From IMG/VR virus record IMGVR_UViG_3300017963_000081: a stretch of DNA of 49,260 nt; one strand, written 5' to 3'. Position numbers and translations under genes: made by a program. This document shows, one piece after another, positions 24,945-34,184 of the stretch (positions are counted from its first letter, which is position 1; every line of letters begins with the position of its first letter). The DNA comes from a virus. Under the pieces are notes generated by a model, which searched no databases, was not told the DNA's origin, and worked only from the letters and a program-made list of their open reading frames with translations.

Positions 24945-27026
24945 ATGGTTCAAATCGTTTCACAACGCACACTTAGAGATACGCCGGAACCGCTCCGACC
25001 CTACGTGTTCCACGGTGCGGATTTCGAAAAAACGACAACGAAGGAAGTGAACGGTTTTTGTCCGATCTGCAAAGCGGAGACGAAACGAAAGCGAATGGGA
25101 GGCTTGTATGTCAATACCGAGAAAGGAGTTTGGAAATGCGTGCATTGTGAAAAAGGCGGCAATATCTCCGACTTCCAAAGAAACCTCTATCAGAGCTACA
25201 AACCCCTCACCGAGGCTACGCATTACGAGAAGCTTTCCGAACTCAAACCCCCTTGCACCCCCGACGCTTTGAAAGCCGCTGGTCTTGTTTGGGATAACTT
25301 TCTAGACCGGTGGCTTATCCCCTATTATGATGGTGACGGACGCTTCAAATCGGTCCGCGCATGGAAACCTCCCACCGGGAAAATCTACACAACCCCCGGC
25401 GACAAGCAGACTCTTTGGAATGTTCAAGCCCTAACAGGCAAGGATACACTGTACCTAACAGAAGGGGAGTGGGACGCTATCGCATTGGCCCCTCTACTTG
25501 AACGAAATGAGGGGGTCATTTCTTCTCCAGGAGCACACTTCCAACCTCGCTGGTCGCCCTACTTCAGCGACCGAAAAGTCTACCTGCTATACGACAACGA
25601 CAAGGCAGGAGAGACGGCGGCCAAGAACGCTGCATTTGTTCTCCAGGGATCCGCACGGTCGGTCCACGTTATCAAGTGGCCGCCCGATTGGAAAACAGGA
25701 TACGACGTTCGCGACTACGTCAAAGAGAACCTTGAGCTGGACGTCGAACCCAAACAGATTCTGGAAGGCTTACGCTTTCTCAGCGTCGTTCCGGAAACCG
25801 GATACAGTCCGCTCAGCAACGGGAAGCTTGAAAAGCCCCTCTACAAACCGCTTCCGGATAAGCGACCGACTTACAGTCAGATCCTCAAAGAGGTTCAAGA
25901 AACCTATGCGTTCGGCGACCCTCAAGTCTACGACACCCTTGCGGTGATCTACGGAACCATTTGGAGCAACTACATCTCCGGTGATCCAGTCTGGATGTTT
26001 ATTGTCGGCCCTTCGGGCTGTGGAAAAACCACCTTCGTTGCAACTGCAAGTAGAGCACACGTAGTGAAGTTTCAAAGTTCGCTCTCCCCCGGCGGCCTGG
26101 TCTCCGGTTTCAAACCGAAGGACGGGAGCGACCCTTCCCTCATTGCACAAATCTTGGGCAAGACCTTGATCGTCAAAGACTTCACCGAAGTGTTGGACGA
26201 ACCGGAACAAGTTCGCGACCGAATCATCGCAATCCTTCGAGGCGGTTTCGACGGACGCATCGACCGCGACTACGGAAACGGGGTGTCCCGAAAGTACGAA
26301 GGATTCTTCAGCGTCGTGGCGGCGGTTACGGACAAAATCCACTCAATCCAACGCGCCGATCTAGGGGAACGGTTCCTGAAATATCAGATGCTCTCAACGA
26401 GGCGACAACAATTCGCATTCCGCGAACAAATTCTAGCCGCAGTCCGCGCAACCACCTCCCAACACGACGTGGATCATTACATCCGCGAAATGGTCCGCGA
26501 GCATTTCAACCATCTGCCCGATGCAATCCCCGAAGTTCCTACGTGGCTCATAGACAAAGTCAGCCCCCTGGCCGATCTCGTCGAAGCAATGCGTGGAAAA
26601 GTCGTCCGCTCTGGGGCGTTAGTTTCCCATCCGCCATCCGGCGGGGTAGGAACCCGCGTCGCAAAGCAACTCGTCAAGCTTGCACAAGGAATATCACTTG
26701 CATGGGGAAAGCGGGCTATTCCCCGATCCGTCTATCCAATCCTTCGCAAGTGTGCTCTCGATACCGCCTTCGGCTGGCAGTCAGAAATCATCACGCATCT
26801 CCTAAGTCATGGTGTGCAAACGATTACCGAAGTCAGGAAGGCCCTCGGGATGCCCCGCTCGACCTGCGAAGTCCGCTTGAAAGACCTTCGGTATTTGGGC
26901 ATAGTCAGCGAGATCGAACTCCCCCCGGAGGATCGCGGCAGCGGTGGCCGTGCTCGCCAATCGCAGATCGCGTACGATATTGTCCCGGAGGTTCGAAAGC
27001 TTTGGAAGGAAATCGCGGACAAGTGA
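24945..27026 (+). CDS. Bifunctional DNA primase / P-loop helicase, 693 aa
   Basis: Zn finger CPICKAE...CVHCEKGG. TOPRIM motifs LTEGEWDAIAL and LLYDNDKAGE. Walker A FIVGPSGCGKTTF. C-terminal winged-helix-like region. Confidence 0.8.
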   Translation: MVQIVSQRTLRDTPEPLRPYVFHGADFEKTTTKEVNGFCPICKAETKRKRMGGLYVNTEKGVWKCVHCEKGGNISDFQRNLYQSYKPLTEATHYEKLSELKPPCTPDALKAAGLVWDNFLDRWLIPYYDGDGRFKSVRAWKPPTGKIYTTPGDKQTLWNVQALTGKDTLYLTEGEWDAIALAPLLERNEGVISSPGAHFQPRWSPYFSDRKVYLLYDNDKAGETAAKNAAFVLQGSARSVHVIKWPPDWKTGYDVRDYVKENLELDVEPKQILEGLRFLSVVPETGYSPLSNGKLEKPLYKPLPDKRPTYSQILKEVQETYAFGDPQVYDTLAVIYGTIWSNYISGDPVWMFIVGPSGCGKTTFVATASRAHVVKFQSSLSPGGLVSGFKPKDGSDPSLIAQILGKTLIVKDFTEVLDEPEQVRDRIIAILRGGFDGRIDRDYGNGVSRKYEGFFSVVAAVTDKIHSIQRADLGERFLKYQMLSTRRQQFAFREQILAAVRATTSQHDVDHYIREMVREHFNHLPDAIPEVPTWLIDKVSPLADLVEAMRGKVVRSGALVSHPPSGGVGTRVAKQLVKLAQGISLAWGKRAIPRSVYPILRKCALDTAFGWQSEIITHLLSHGVQTITEVRKALGMPRSTCEVRLKDLRYLGIVSEIELPPEDRGSGGRARQSQIAYDIVPEVRKLWKEIADK

Positions 27027-27048
27027 CCTGTTGACCCCCTCCGCATGG

Positions 27049-27129
27049 CGTGGTATTATCTCTCCAGTAGTCCTTGACGGGACATTCGAAATTTTGAATT
27101 GTCCGCATCAAATACGGAGGGAGTTAATC
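27049..27129 (+). promoter_or_regulatory. Conserved intergenic module, copy 5
   Basis: CGTGGTATTATCTCTCCAGTAGTCCttgacGGGACatTCGAAATTttGAATTGTCcgcatcaaatacggagggagttaatcATG. The first 25 nt are identical to copy 9. Confidence 0.8.
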
Positions 27130-27309
27130 ATGGGACGTGTAACAGGAGCGGCAAGAGGCGGCAGGGCAGCTCCGACTGCTCGACAACTTCGAGCGCAGCA
27201 AGCGGTGACGCGACGGATGAACCGGGGAGCCCTCGGAGCCGCCGAAAATGCGGCAGCGGTAACACGCGCTCCGAGACGTACACCGCGAGCGCGAGGTGGC
27301 CGCCGATAG
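27130..27309 (+). CDS. Small arginine-rich protein, 59 aa
   Basis: GGAGGGAG RBS and an ATG immediately after motif copy 5. Sequence MGRVTGAARGGRAAPTARQLRAQQAVTRRMNRG...RAPRRTPRARGGRR. Confidence 0.5.
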   Translation: MGRVTGAARGGRAAPTARQLRAQQAVTRRMNRGALGAAENAAAVTRAPRRTPRARGGRR

Positions 27310-27322
27310 TCGAAGGTAGACT

Positions 27323-28708
27323 ATGGCGAAGAAAAAAGCAGCAACCACAAGGCGACGCAAACCCACGGTCCTTCGCACGGTAGATCAGGACGCTCCGCTC
27401 CCTCCGGGCGTCCGAGAACTCGTATGGGTTAAAGCAAAGGACCTCCCTTCGAACCCGTTGAATTGGAGGAAGCACCCGCCCAGACAGATCAACCGTCTCA
27501 AAGCTTCTCTAGCTTCCAATGGGTGGGCGGGTGCCCTTCTTTTCAATCGCACCTCCGGTCGTCTAATCGACGGTCATGCTCGAAAGCAGCTATCGCCCGA
27601 AGCTGTGGTGCCGGTTCTCGTCGGTGAGTTCACTCTCGAACAAGAGCGGAGTATTCTCTCCAGTCTCGACCCCATTTCTGCGATGGCGGAAACCGACGCG
27701 ACCATGCTTCGCAAGTTGACGCAGCAGGTCGACACCGATCTAAAGAAGCTTGACGAGCTAGACGCGGAAGACCTCGCGGAGTTGAACAAAGAGCTTCAAA
27801 GCGAAGCCGAAGCTGTCCGCAAGGGAGCATCTGCATCGTTCTTTCCCGCCCCCAACGACAACGTCCAGCTCACATCCGCGTCTGAACTTGCAGAACAATC
27901 TGAAGCGAAGGGCCAACTGGAGATCAACCCCCGCGAGCTTCCCGACGGGATCAACATTCCCAAACATCCCGACAACATTGAAACGCTTCGTGAGCTGACG
28001 CCGCTGACTCAGTACCAAGTCCCAAAGCTTCTCGCGAAACACCTCGCAGACCCTCCCGAACCGGACGTGGTCACATGGGCCGGCCAAGAAACGCCGAAAC
28101 GCTCCGCGTACTTCGCGGTATGGGGCTTCAAAGCGATACCTCCGGAAAACGCTTCGCAATACACTATCGGTTTTTACAAAGACGATTCCAAGTTCGAATC
28201 CGCCTGGACGGTCCCGGTTCAATTTGTCACCCGCTTACTCAAACTCCAACCCCGCGCGGTGGTCACTCCCAATTTTTCGATCTTCCCAGGCGATCCGTTC
28301 CCTATCCGCTTGCACCAAAACTACAAGTCCTACTGGACCGGTAGATGGTGGGGCGAACTCGGTTTGAAAATTATCCCCGACGTTCTGCTCCCCGCTGACT
28401 TCCCCGCCGATCTGTCGTGGCGTTTCGAAGCGGTCCCGAAAAACGCTCCCTGCATTGCAGTCGAGTTACAAAGTATCGGCCAAGGTGCTCGGGACAACTA
28501 CGTCCAAGCAGGTCAAAAATCGCTTCTCGAAGTCGTGAAGCTTCTGAAACCCCAAACTCTCTTGGCCTACACAACCGACGGCCTGCCGGAAAACTTCTTC
28601 CGCGCGTTCCCCAAACAACTTGCTATAATCCAGACGTACTCTTATATGGGCACCCGGCGAGCGATCATGCCGTCCCTCAAGAAGAAACGAAAACGCTCGA
28701 CGGAGTAG
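27323..28708 (+). CDS. ParB-like nuclease domain / DUF4417 fusion protein, 461 aa
   Basis: N-terminal NPLNWRKHPPRQINRLKASLASNGWAGALLFNRTSGRLIDGHARKQ is ParB/Srx-like. The C-terminal FYKDDSKFESAW...PNFSIFPGDP...NYKSYWTGRWWGELGLKIIPDV resembles DUF4417. Confidence 0.6.
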   Translation: MAKKKAATTRRRKPTVLRTVDQDAPLPPGVRELVWVKAKDLPSNPLNWRKHPPRQINRLKASLASNGWAGALLFNRTSGRLIDGHARKQLSPEAVVPVLVGEFTLEQERSILSSLDPISAMAETDATMLRKLTQQVDTDLKKLDELDAEDLAELNKELQSEAEAVRKGASASFFPAPNDNVQLTSASELAEQSEAKGQLEINPRELPDGINIPKHPDNIETLRELTPLTQYQVPKLLAKHLADPPEPDVVTWAGQETPKRSAYFAVWGFKAIPPENASQYTIGFYKDDSKFESAWTVPVQFVTRLLKLQPRAVVTPNFSIFPGDPFPIRLHQNYKSYWTGRWWGELGLKIIPDVLLPADFPADLSWRFEAVPKNAPCIAVELQSIGQGARDNYVQAGQKSLLEVVKLLKPQTLLAYTTDGLPENFFRAFPKQLAIIQTYSYMGTRRAIMPSLKKKRKRSTE

Positions 28709-28738
28709 TCCGCGTTTCGTTTTCCGGGAGGTTGTCCG

Positions 28739-29377
28739 ATGGCAGACGCGAATCTCGAACGTCTTGGCAAACCGTTGTCCACTAAAAAACGCCGGGGCCG
28801 CCAACCCAAACTCGAATGGTTCCGACGGTACGACCCCGAAGGATATGCCGCCGCGTTGAAGTTCATCGAACTCGGTGCGTACGACTACGTCGTCTTCGAA
28901 GCGATGGGAGTAACCGCCGCGACATTCTACCGCTGGCTAGAGCGCGGAGAAGAGGATAACTGTCCATCTGTATACCGCGAATTCCTTGAAGACGTGATGC
29001 GGGCAAGAGCACGCGCCCGCGTTCTTGTCGAGATAGACGTGCGTAGAGATAAACCCGATTTCTGGCTCCGCTGCGGCCCCGGTCGTTCCCGTCCCGGTCG
29101 CGAAGGTTGGACCGAAACCCGCGAGATGGACATCCGCGTCAATGGGCAATCCGCAGCAACCGTTGTTGTCGAAGACCAGGTCTCCCAAGAGGAGCTGGCA
29201 GAAACGCTCCGCGTGGTCCAGACCCTTGGTTTCGTCTCCAGTGACCCCGACGGGAATTCCGAAGAATTAGGGGATGAAACAGGGGTTGACAGCACCCCTA
29301 ATTTAACCGATAATGGAAAGAATGGGGATCCTTCGGATAACAACGGAAAACGAAAAGGGAGGAAACGCGATGCGTAG
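28739..29377 (+). CDS. terS: Terminase small subunit candidate, 212 aa
   Basis: HTH-like GVTAATFYRWLERGEE, position directly upstream of terL, GGGAGG RBS. Confidence 0.6.
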   Translation: MADANLERLGKPLSTKKRRGRQPKLEWFRRYDPEGYAAALKFIELGAYDYVVFEAMGVTAATFYRWLERGEEDNCPSVYREFLEDVMRARARARVLVEIDVRRDKPDFWLRCGPGRSRPGREGWTETREMDIRVNGQSAATVVVEDQVSQEELAETLRVVQTLGFVSSDPDGNSEELGDETGVDSTPNLTDNGKNGDPSDNNGKRKGRKRDA

Positions 29378-29594
29378 TACAACTTACCGGCCCGACCAGG
29401 AGGAACTAGCGAAGCTTGCAAAGCTTCTTACGCTCCCGCGACGTCAACGGTCCAGGACGACAGAACGGACACCACTTTGGTTCTGGACGCAATGGCTCGC
29501 GGGGGCGCTTTTGAGCATCCCGCTTTCCGCTTGGATTGTGGGATTGATCAGTCCTGGACATCCGTACACTGAGATGATTTTTGGGTGGCTCTAA
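29370..29594 (+). CDS. Small membrane protein, 74 aa
   Basis: GGGAGG RBS before ATG 29370. Hydrophobic segment WFWTQWLAGALLSIPLSAWIVGLI. Confidence 0.45.
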   Translation: MRSTTYRPDQEELAKLAKLLTLPRRQRSRTTERTPLWFWTQWLAGALLSIPLSAWIVGLISPGHPYTEMIFGWL

Positions 29595-31030
29595 CGATGG
29601 TCGCAATCACCGAAGCAATCCGAAAAGCTTTCACCCTTCGGCTGACGAAGTACATCGCACATCAACCCACAATCAAGCAACGAGTTTTCCTCGCACTGAC
29701 CCCGTATGAAGAAGTCCTGTTCGGCGGCGCTGCAGGTCCTGGAAAGTCGGACGCTCTCCTGATGGCGGCTTTGCAATTTGTCGACGTCGCGGGTTATCAC
29801 GCATTGATCTTGCGACGCACGTATGCGCAGCTCTCCAAATCCGACGGTCTCATCCCCCGCTCCCACGAATGGTTGCACGACACCGATGCACGTTGGAACG
29901 GCGGCGGAAAGGTTTGGTCCTTCCCGTCCGGAGCTACGCTATCCTTCGGACATGTTCAGTATGAAGACAACAAGTATGACTATCAATCAGCGGCTTACAC
30001 CTTCATCGGTTTTGACGAGCTGACGCAATTCACCGAATCACAATACCTCTACATTGGGTTTTCCCGACGTCGTCGTCTCCGCGATATGTCGGTCCCGCTC
30101 CGCGTTCGGTCAGCAACTAATCCGCCGCCAGACCAGCGGGGTCGTTGGGTCCGGGATCGCTTCGCGATTCACAAGGACGAGCGGTCGGGGGAGTTCATCG
30201 GACACGAGCCGAACCGTCCGTTTGTCCCTGCCAAAATCTCCGACAATCCGTATCTGGATCAGGAGGAATACGAGACGGCCCTTGCCGAGCTGGACCCGGT
30301 CACCCGCGAGCAATTGCTTTCCGGAGACTGGGAGATTATGCAAGTCGGTCGGATGCGAAAGTCGTGGGCACGCTACTACAACATCACCTCTGACGCATAC
30401 CAACTACTGGACCCCGTCACCGGTCGTGGTTTTCGCAATGTGAAAAAGCGAGACTGCCATCACTTCCAAATCTGCGATCCCGCAGCGTCTGCCCGCGAAG
30501 GTCCTGGAGACGAACAGATCTGGGAGCGGAAGATGCCGTCCCACACGGTGATCGGGACGTTCGCAATGACCCCGGACGCGGACCTGCTTTGGATCGACAA
30601 CCGCAGGTTTCAAGGCGAAGTCCCAGAGGTTCAAGACGCTTTGCTGGAGGAGTATTCCAAATGGCAGCAATGCACCCACGTCGGGATTGAAAAGAGCGGT
30701 CTTGGCATCGGTGTCTTCCAATGGGCGAAGCGCAGCGGTCTTCCCGTCCGCGCGTTGTCCCCACAGTCGCAAGACAAACTAGTCCGGGCAACCGACTTCA
30801 TCAACAGACTGTACGAGGGGATGGTTTATTTCCCGAACGCTCCCTCGGATTGGCGTAGGGAACTATTCGACGAGCTTTTCGCGTGGACCGGTCACCCGCA
30901 CGAACAAGACGATCAGATTGATGTGGCCGGTTATGCGGGACGTGAGGTGACCCGGTTGCGAGGACCGATTCCGATCCGTAGACGGATTCGACAGATCGAG
31001 CGACCCGTCGTCGCGGGCGGACTGCGTTAG
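29585..31030 (+). CDS. terL: Terminase large subunit, 481 aa (alternative ATG 29597)
   Basis: Walker A GGAAGPGKSDALL and Walker B FIGFDELTQF. C-terminal RNase H-like nuclease region. The TAG stop abuts motif copy 6. Confidence 0.8.
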   Translation: MALTMVAITEAIRKAFTLRLTKYIAHQPTIKQRVFLALTPYEEVLFGGAAGPGKSDALLMAALQFVDVAGYHALILRRTYAQLSKSDGLIPRSHEWLHDTDARWNGGGKVWSFPSGATLSFGHVQYEDNKYDYQSAAYTFIGFDELTQFTESQYLYIGFSRRRRLRDMSVPLRVRSATNPPPDQRGRWVRDRFAIHKDERSGEFIGHEPNRPFVPAKISDNPYLDQEEYETALAELDPVTREQLLSGDWEIMQVGRMRKSWARYYNITSDAYQLLDPVTGRGFRNVKKRDCHHFQICDPAASAREGPGDEQIWERKMPSHTVIGTFAMTPDADLLWIDNRRFQGEVPEVQDALLEEYSKWQQCTHVGIEKSGLGIGVFQWAKRSGLPVRALSPQSQDKLVRATDFINRLYEGMVYFPNAPSDWRRELFDELFAWTGHPHEQDDQIDVAGYAGREVTRLRGPIPIRRRIRQIERPVVAGGLR

Positions 31031-31088
31031 TTTTCTGTCCAGGGTTCCTACGGGACATTCCAAAAAAGACAATTGTCTAGGAGAAAAA
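31031..31088 (+). promoter_or_regulatory. Conserved intergenic module, copy 6
   Basis: TTTTCTGTCCAGgGTTCCtacGGGACatTCCAAAAAAGACAATTGTCTaggagaaaaagtgATG. AGACAATTGTCT is a perfect 12-bp palindrome. Confidence 0.8.
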
Positions 31089-31937
31089 GTGATGCGACAT
31101 ACGAGCCTGTTTGTTTTTGCGTTTCTTGCAACGATGTTGCTTTCGATGATTTGTCGCGGACAAACGACGTTGATTATGAATGCCAACCGTCAGACGGTGA
31201 TTCGACCGTCGGACCCCAATGGAACGTACGGCGGTTTAGATGAGCTACCGGTTGATGCTGGAGACCAGATGCTGGTGCAATACTGGCTCCCATTTACCCA
31301 GCTTCCGGACGATTCGTTCGTCTTTTCCGTCCATGCGATTTTCTATCTTCAGGACTACGTAGATTCGCCGCGTCCGATGGCGTCTCGGATGCTTCTCATT
31401 TGGGATAGTGCCGTCACGTGGTCGGAGACTGGAAGTGGTGGAGGTGGATGGAATACAACCCCTGGTATTCAATGGGGTGAGCGGGCAGTGCCGATAGCGC
31501 CTTATCGAGGGCTGACCTACGACATTGATAACAATCCGACGCCGCCGCCAGTTGCGCAGATGTGGATGGACATTACCGCAATTTGGAGAGAGTGGGAAAA
31601 TGGCCAACCAAACCGTGGAATCGTAGTGGATGTAAGTCAGGGAGATATGGTGGTCTACGGAACAGGAACACCGTATCGCAGCGAGCTTTGGGTTTCCTAT
31701 GCAATGCCTGGCGATGCCAACTTTGACGGTGTGTTCAATCAGTTGGACATTGTGCAGGTATTGCAGGAGGGCAAGTACAACACCGGTCAATACGCGACTT
31801 GGAGACAAGGCGATTGGGACCGCGATGGTGTGTTCGGGCCGTTAGACATCGTGCTCGCATTGCAACAGACCGGTGACTATGCGTACCAAACATCCAGCAA
31901 TCCGGCGGTCACCGCGTTCGGTGAGGAGTGGGAATGA
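31089..31937 (+). CDS. Secreted protein with a C-terminal dockerin-type double Ca-binding repeat, 282 aa (GTG 31089 or ATG 31092)
   Basis: Signal-peptide-like MRHTSLFVFAFLATMLLSMICRGQ. Two repeats, GDANFDGVFNQLDIVQVLQ and GDWDRDGVFGPLDIVLALQ. The N-terminal domain may be DNRLRE/CBM-like (weak). Confidence 0.65.
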   Translation: MMRHTSLFVFAFLATMLLSMICRGQTTLIMNANRQTVIRPSDPNGTYGGLDELPVDAGDQMLVQYWLPFTQLPDDSFVFSVHAIFYLQDYVDSPRPMASRMLLIWDSAVTWSETGSGGGGWNTTPGIQWGERAVPIAPYRGLTYDIDNNPTPPPVAQMWMDITAIWREWENGQPNRGIVVDVSQGDMVVYGTGTPYRSELWVSYAMPGDANFDGVFNQLDIVQVLQEGKYNTGQYATWRQGDWDRDGVFGPLDIVLALQQTGDYAYQTSSNPAVTAFGEEWE

Positions 31938-31940
31938 GCG

Positions 31941-32372
31941 ATGGGTAAAGCAAAGGTGGCAAACAGTCGCTATTACCGGATCGAGATTGATCGGCTGCGT
32001 GAGGAACTGAGTGAATGCCGCCAGGCATTGGGACTAATGACTACAGCAAAGCCGTCGATGGAGATGGACGTGGCGAAACCTGTTGCAATGGCCGCGGAGG
32101 TGGTAGCCGAGATCGAGCGGCTGCGGTCAGACAACGAAAATCTAAAAACCGTTCTACGGAGAGACGAAGAGCAGCTGAGCCAGTGGGAGGAGCGAGCACG
32201 TGAGGCACACAACGACATGATGCGAGTCGTACAGGAACGCGACAACTTGAAGGCCGAGATTGAGCGGGTGCGGGCGGAGCTACACCGGTGGTGTACGGCG
32301 AGGTGTGAATGTATCACGTCCCAGGTGCAGGCAATGGAGGTGAACGATGAAAACGATGCACTACAAAGATGA
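31941..32372 (+). CDS. Coiled-coil protein, 143 aa
   Basis: ORF track. Heptad-rich sequence with many E/R/L residues. Confidence 0.5.
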   Translation: MGKAKVANSRYYRIEIDRLREELSECRQALGLMTTAKPSMEMDVAKPVAMAAEVVAEIERLRSDNENLKTVLRRDEEQLSQWEERAREAHNDMMRVVQERDNLKAEIERVRAELHRWCTARCECITSQVQAMEVNDENDALQR

Positions 32373-33165
32373 AGTTTTTAAAGACAAGGAACGTGGGATT
32401 GACTTGTCAACTGGCGAAGACATTGAAGAGTTGATCGTCGAAGATTGCACGTTTGAAAACTGCGTTCGCGGAATCAACGGTTGGCATAAAGGGCCGCACA
32501 TCAAACGAGCGGTCATCAGAAACTGCTTTTTCACCGGAGGTCAATTCGGCGTACTATTCCGAAACGACTTCGACGAGTTAGCTGTGCGTCACAATCTGTT
32601 TCGCGGGATCGGTACGTTTGAGTCTCGCGGAACAGCAATTCATTTAGGGTCGACCGCTCCCGACGCAAGACTGAACGCCGACGCAGTTGCGGTTAACAAC
32701 ACAATTGAAGACATTCGTGGAGAATCCCTCGCTTTCGGGATCTACGCTCGCGGCGAACGGTTTCTAATTCGCGACAATTTGATCACAAACGTCCAAATCG
32801 CAGCGGTAAACCCGGAGGAGGATGAAGACGCTTCCGGCATTTATACGAAGCTGAAGAATTCTCAAGTGCTGTCGAACACGTTGATCGACGCCGGAGGGTA
32901 CGAAGGTTGCATCTCCGTCAAAGGGGAATGGGGGAGCAACGAAATTCGAAACAATGACATTTTCGTGACGGACCCCGCCCCTTACGAAGACCCGCGATGG
33001 AACCGTGCGATTTGTGTCATTCGCAGCACGCAAAACGTGATCAAGAACAACCGGATCGGAAGCCCGCTCCGCATTGTGCTGTCGCCTTCAGCGCTTGGAA
33101 ACATCGTCGAGGGGGCGTACCGCGTTTCCGTCGACCCATCCGCGATCAGCTTTTATCCGCTTTGA
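32347..33165 (+). CDS. Right-handed beta-helix repeat protein, 272 aa
   Basis: GGAGGTG RBS. Repeated I/V-x-N-N/C motifs (VIRNCFF, AVNNTIEDI, LIRDNLITNV, VLSNTLIDA, EIRNNDIFV, VIKNNRIG). Confidence 0.55.
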   Translation: MKTMHYKDEVFKDKERGIDLSTGEDIEELIVEDCTFENCVRGINGWHKGPHIKRAVIRNCFFTGGQFGVLFRNDFDELAVRHNLFRGIGTFESRGTAIHLGSTAPDARLNADAVAVNNTIEDIRGESLAFGIYARGERFLIRDNLITNVQIAAVNPEEDEDASGIYTKLKNSQVLSNTLIDAGGYEGCISVKGEWGSNEIRNNDIFVTDPAPYEDPRWNRAICVIRSTQNVIKNNRIGSPLRIVLSPSALGNIVEGAYRVSVDPSAISFYPL

Positions 33166-33709
33166 GGATGGTGATCGAGGACGGCTCATGCTTTTTCTTC
33201 CAGTGATTATGACGGTAATGGTCGACGATCCCGCATTCTCGAATGTCAATGCCGGGGCAGTGCTCGCGGAGCTTGGTCCAAAACCAGTAGTCGCTTCCCG
33301 AGAAGTCGCCGCCCCAAGGCTGGAATAGTTTTCGCTGTCCATACGAAACAATGACCGACAATGCAATCTTGACGAAAACGGTTCCTGTGAAATAAAGGCC
33401 GTACCTGCGATGTTGAGCATTCAAAGCACCAGGACTGACGTATGCGTGACAGACTGCGACCTGCGGAGCCTCCATCATTTCGGACCACTGCTTGTCCGTT
33501 GCGACGAAGTCGTCTTCGCAGAGCAAAAGGTCGCGATGTTGAGCCCGTGCGATTTCGACTGCTTCATTTTGAGCGTCGGGTATGGTCTTGCCGGTGATGA
33601 GGACATAAGGTAGCTCTCGCAACGCAGCGGTCTGTGCTACGTGTGCGATGCACTCAGCAGGGGCAACGCCTCGTGAATACTGTACCACTACGTGATTGGA
33701 ATTTCCCAT
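33146..33709 (-). CDS. GT-A-like glycosyltransferase candidate, 187 aa from ATG 33709
   Basis: LLLCEDDFV (DxD-like) after a Rossmann-like N-terminus. Weak call. Its start codon overlaps the divergent methyltransferase start. Confidence 0.4.
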   Translation of the reverse strand: MGNSNHVVVQYSRGVAPAECIAHVAQTAALRELPYVLITGKTIPDAQNEAVEIARAQHRDLLLCEDDFVATDKQWSEMMEAPQVAVCHAYVSPGALNAQHRRYGLYFTGTVFVKIALSVIVSYGQRKLFQPWGGDFSGSDYWFWTKLREHCPGIDIRECGIVDHYRHNHWKKKHEPSSITILKADKS

Positions 33710-34184
33710 GAACCTCGCCCTCAAGTTGAATTTAGGATGCAGCTTTCGCCACCTTCCCGGTTACGTCAACATCGACATCCGCGAAGATGTTGGCGCGGAC
33801 ATGGTCCATGATATAGAAACCGGCATCCCCTACAAGACCGACACGGTTGATGAAGTCCGCGCGTACGACTTTCTCGAACACGTCCGGCCCGAACGCACCC
33901 TTTTTGTCATGCGGGAGATTTGGCGGGTCCTTCGACCGGGCGGCATTCTCGATCACCTCACCCCATCCACCGACGGGCGCGGAGCATTCCAAGACCCGAC
34001 CCATCGGTCGTTCTGGAATATCAATAGCTGGCTTTACTACACAGACGACCGATACCGGAGGTTGATCAACACGCCGGTCAAGTACAAAGTCCTGGAGTTG
34101 AAAGACATCATGACCGGAGACATGGTTATTCACACCCGTGGAAGATTAGAGGCGATCAAAGATGAAGTTTCACCTAACAGCTAG
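33708..34184 (+). CDS. Class I SAM-dependent methyltransferase, 158 aa
   Basis: LNLGCSFRHLPGYVNIDI (motif I-like), VDEVRAYDFLEHV and RVLRPGGIL. Confidence 0.7.
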   Translation: MNLALKLNLGCSFRHLPGYVNIDIREDVGADMVHDIETGIPYKTDTVDEVRAYDFLEHVRPERTLFVMREIWRVLRPGGILDHLTPSTDGRGAFQDPTHRSFWNINSWLYYTDDRYRRLINTPVKYKVLELKDIMTGDMVIHTRGRLEAIKDEVSPNS

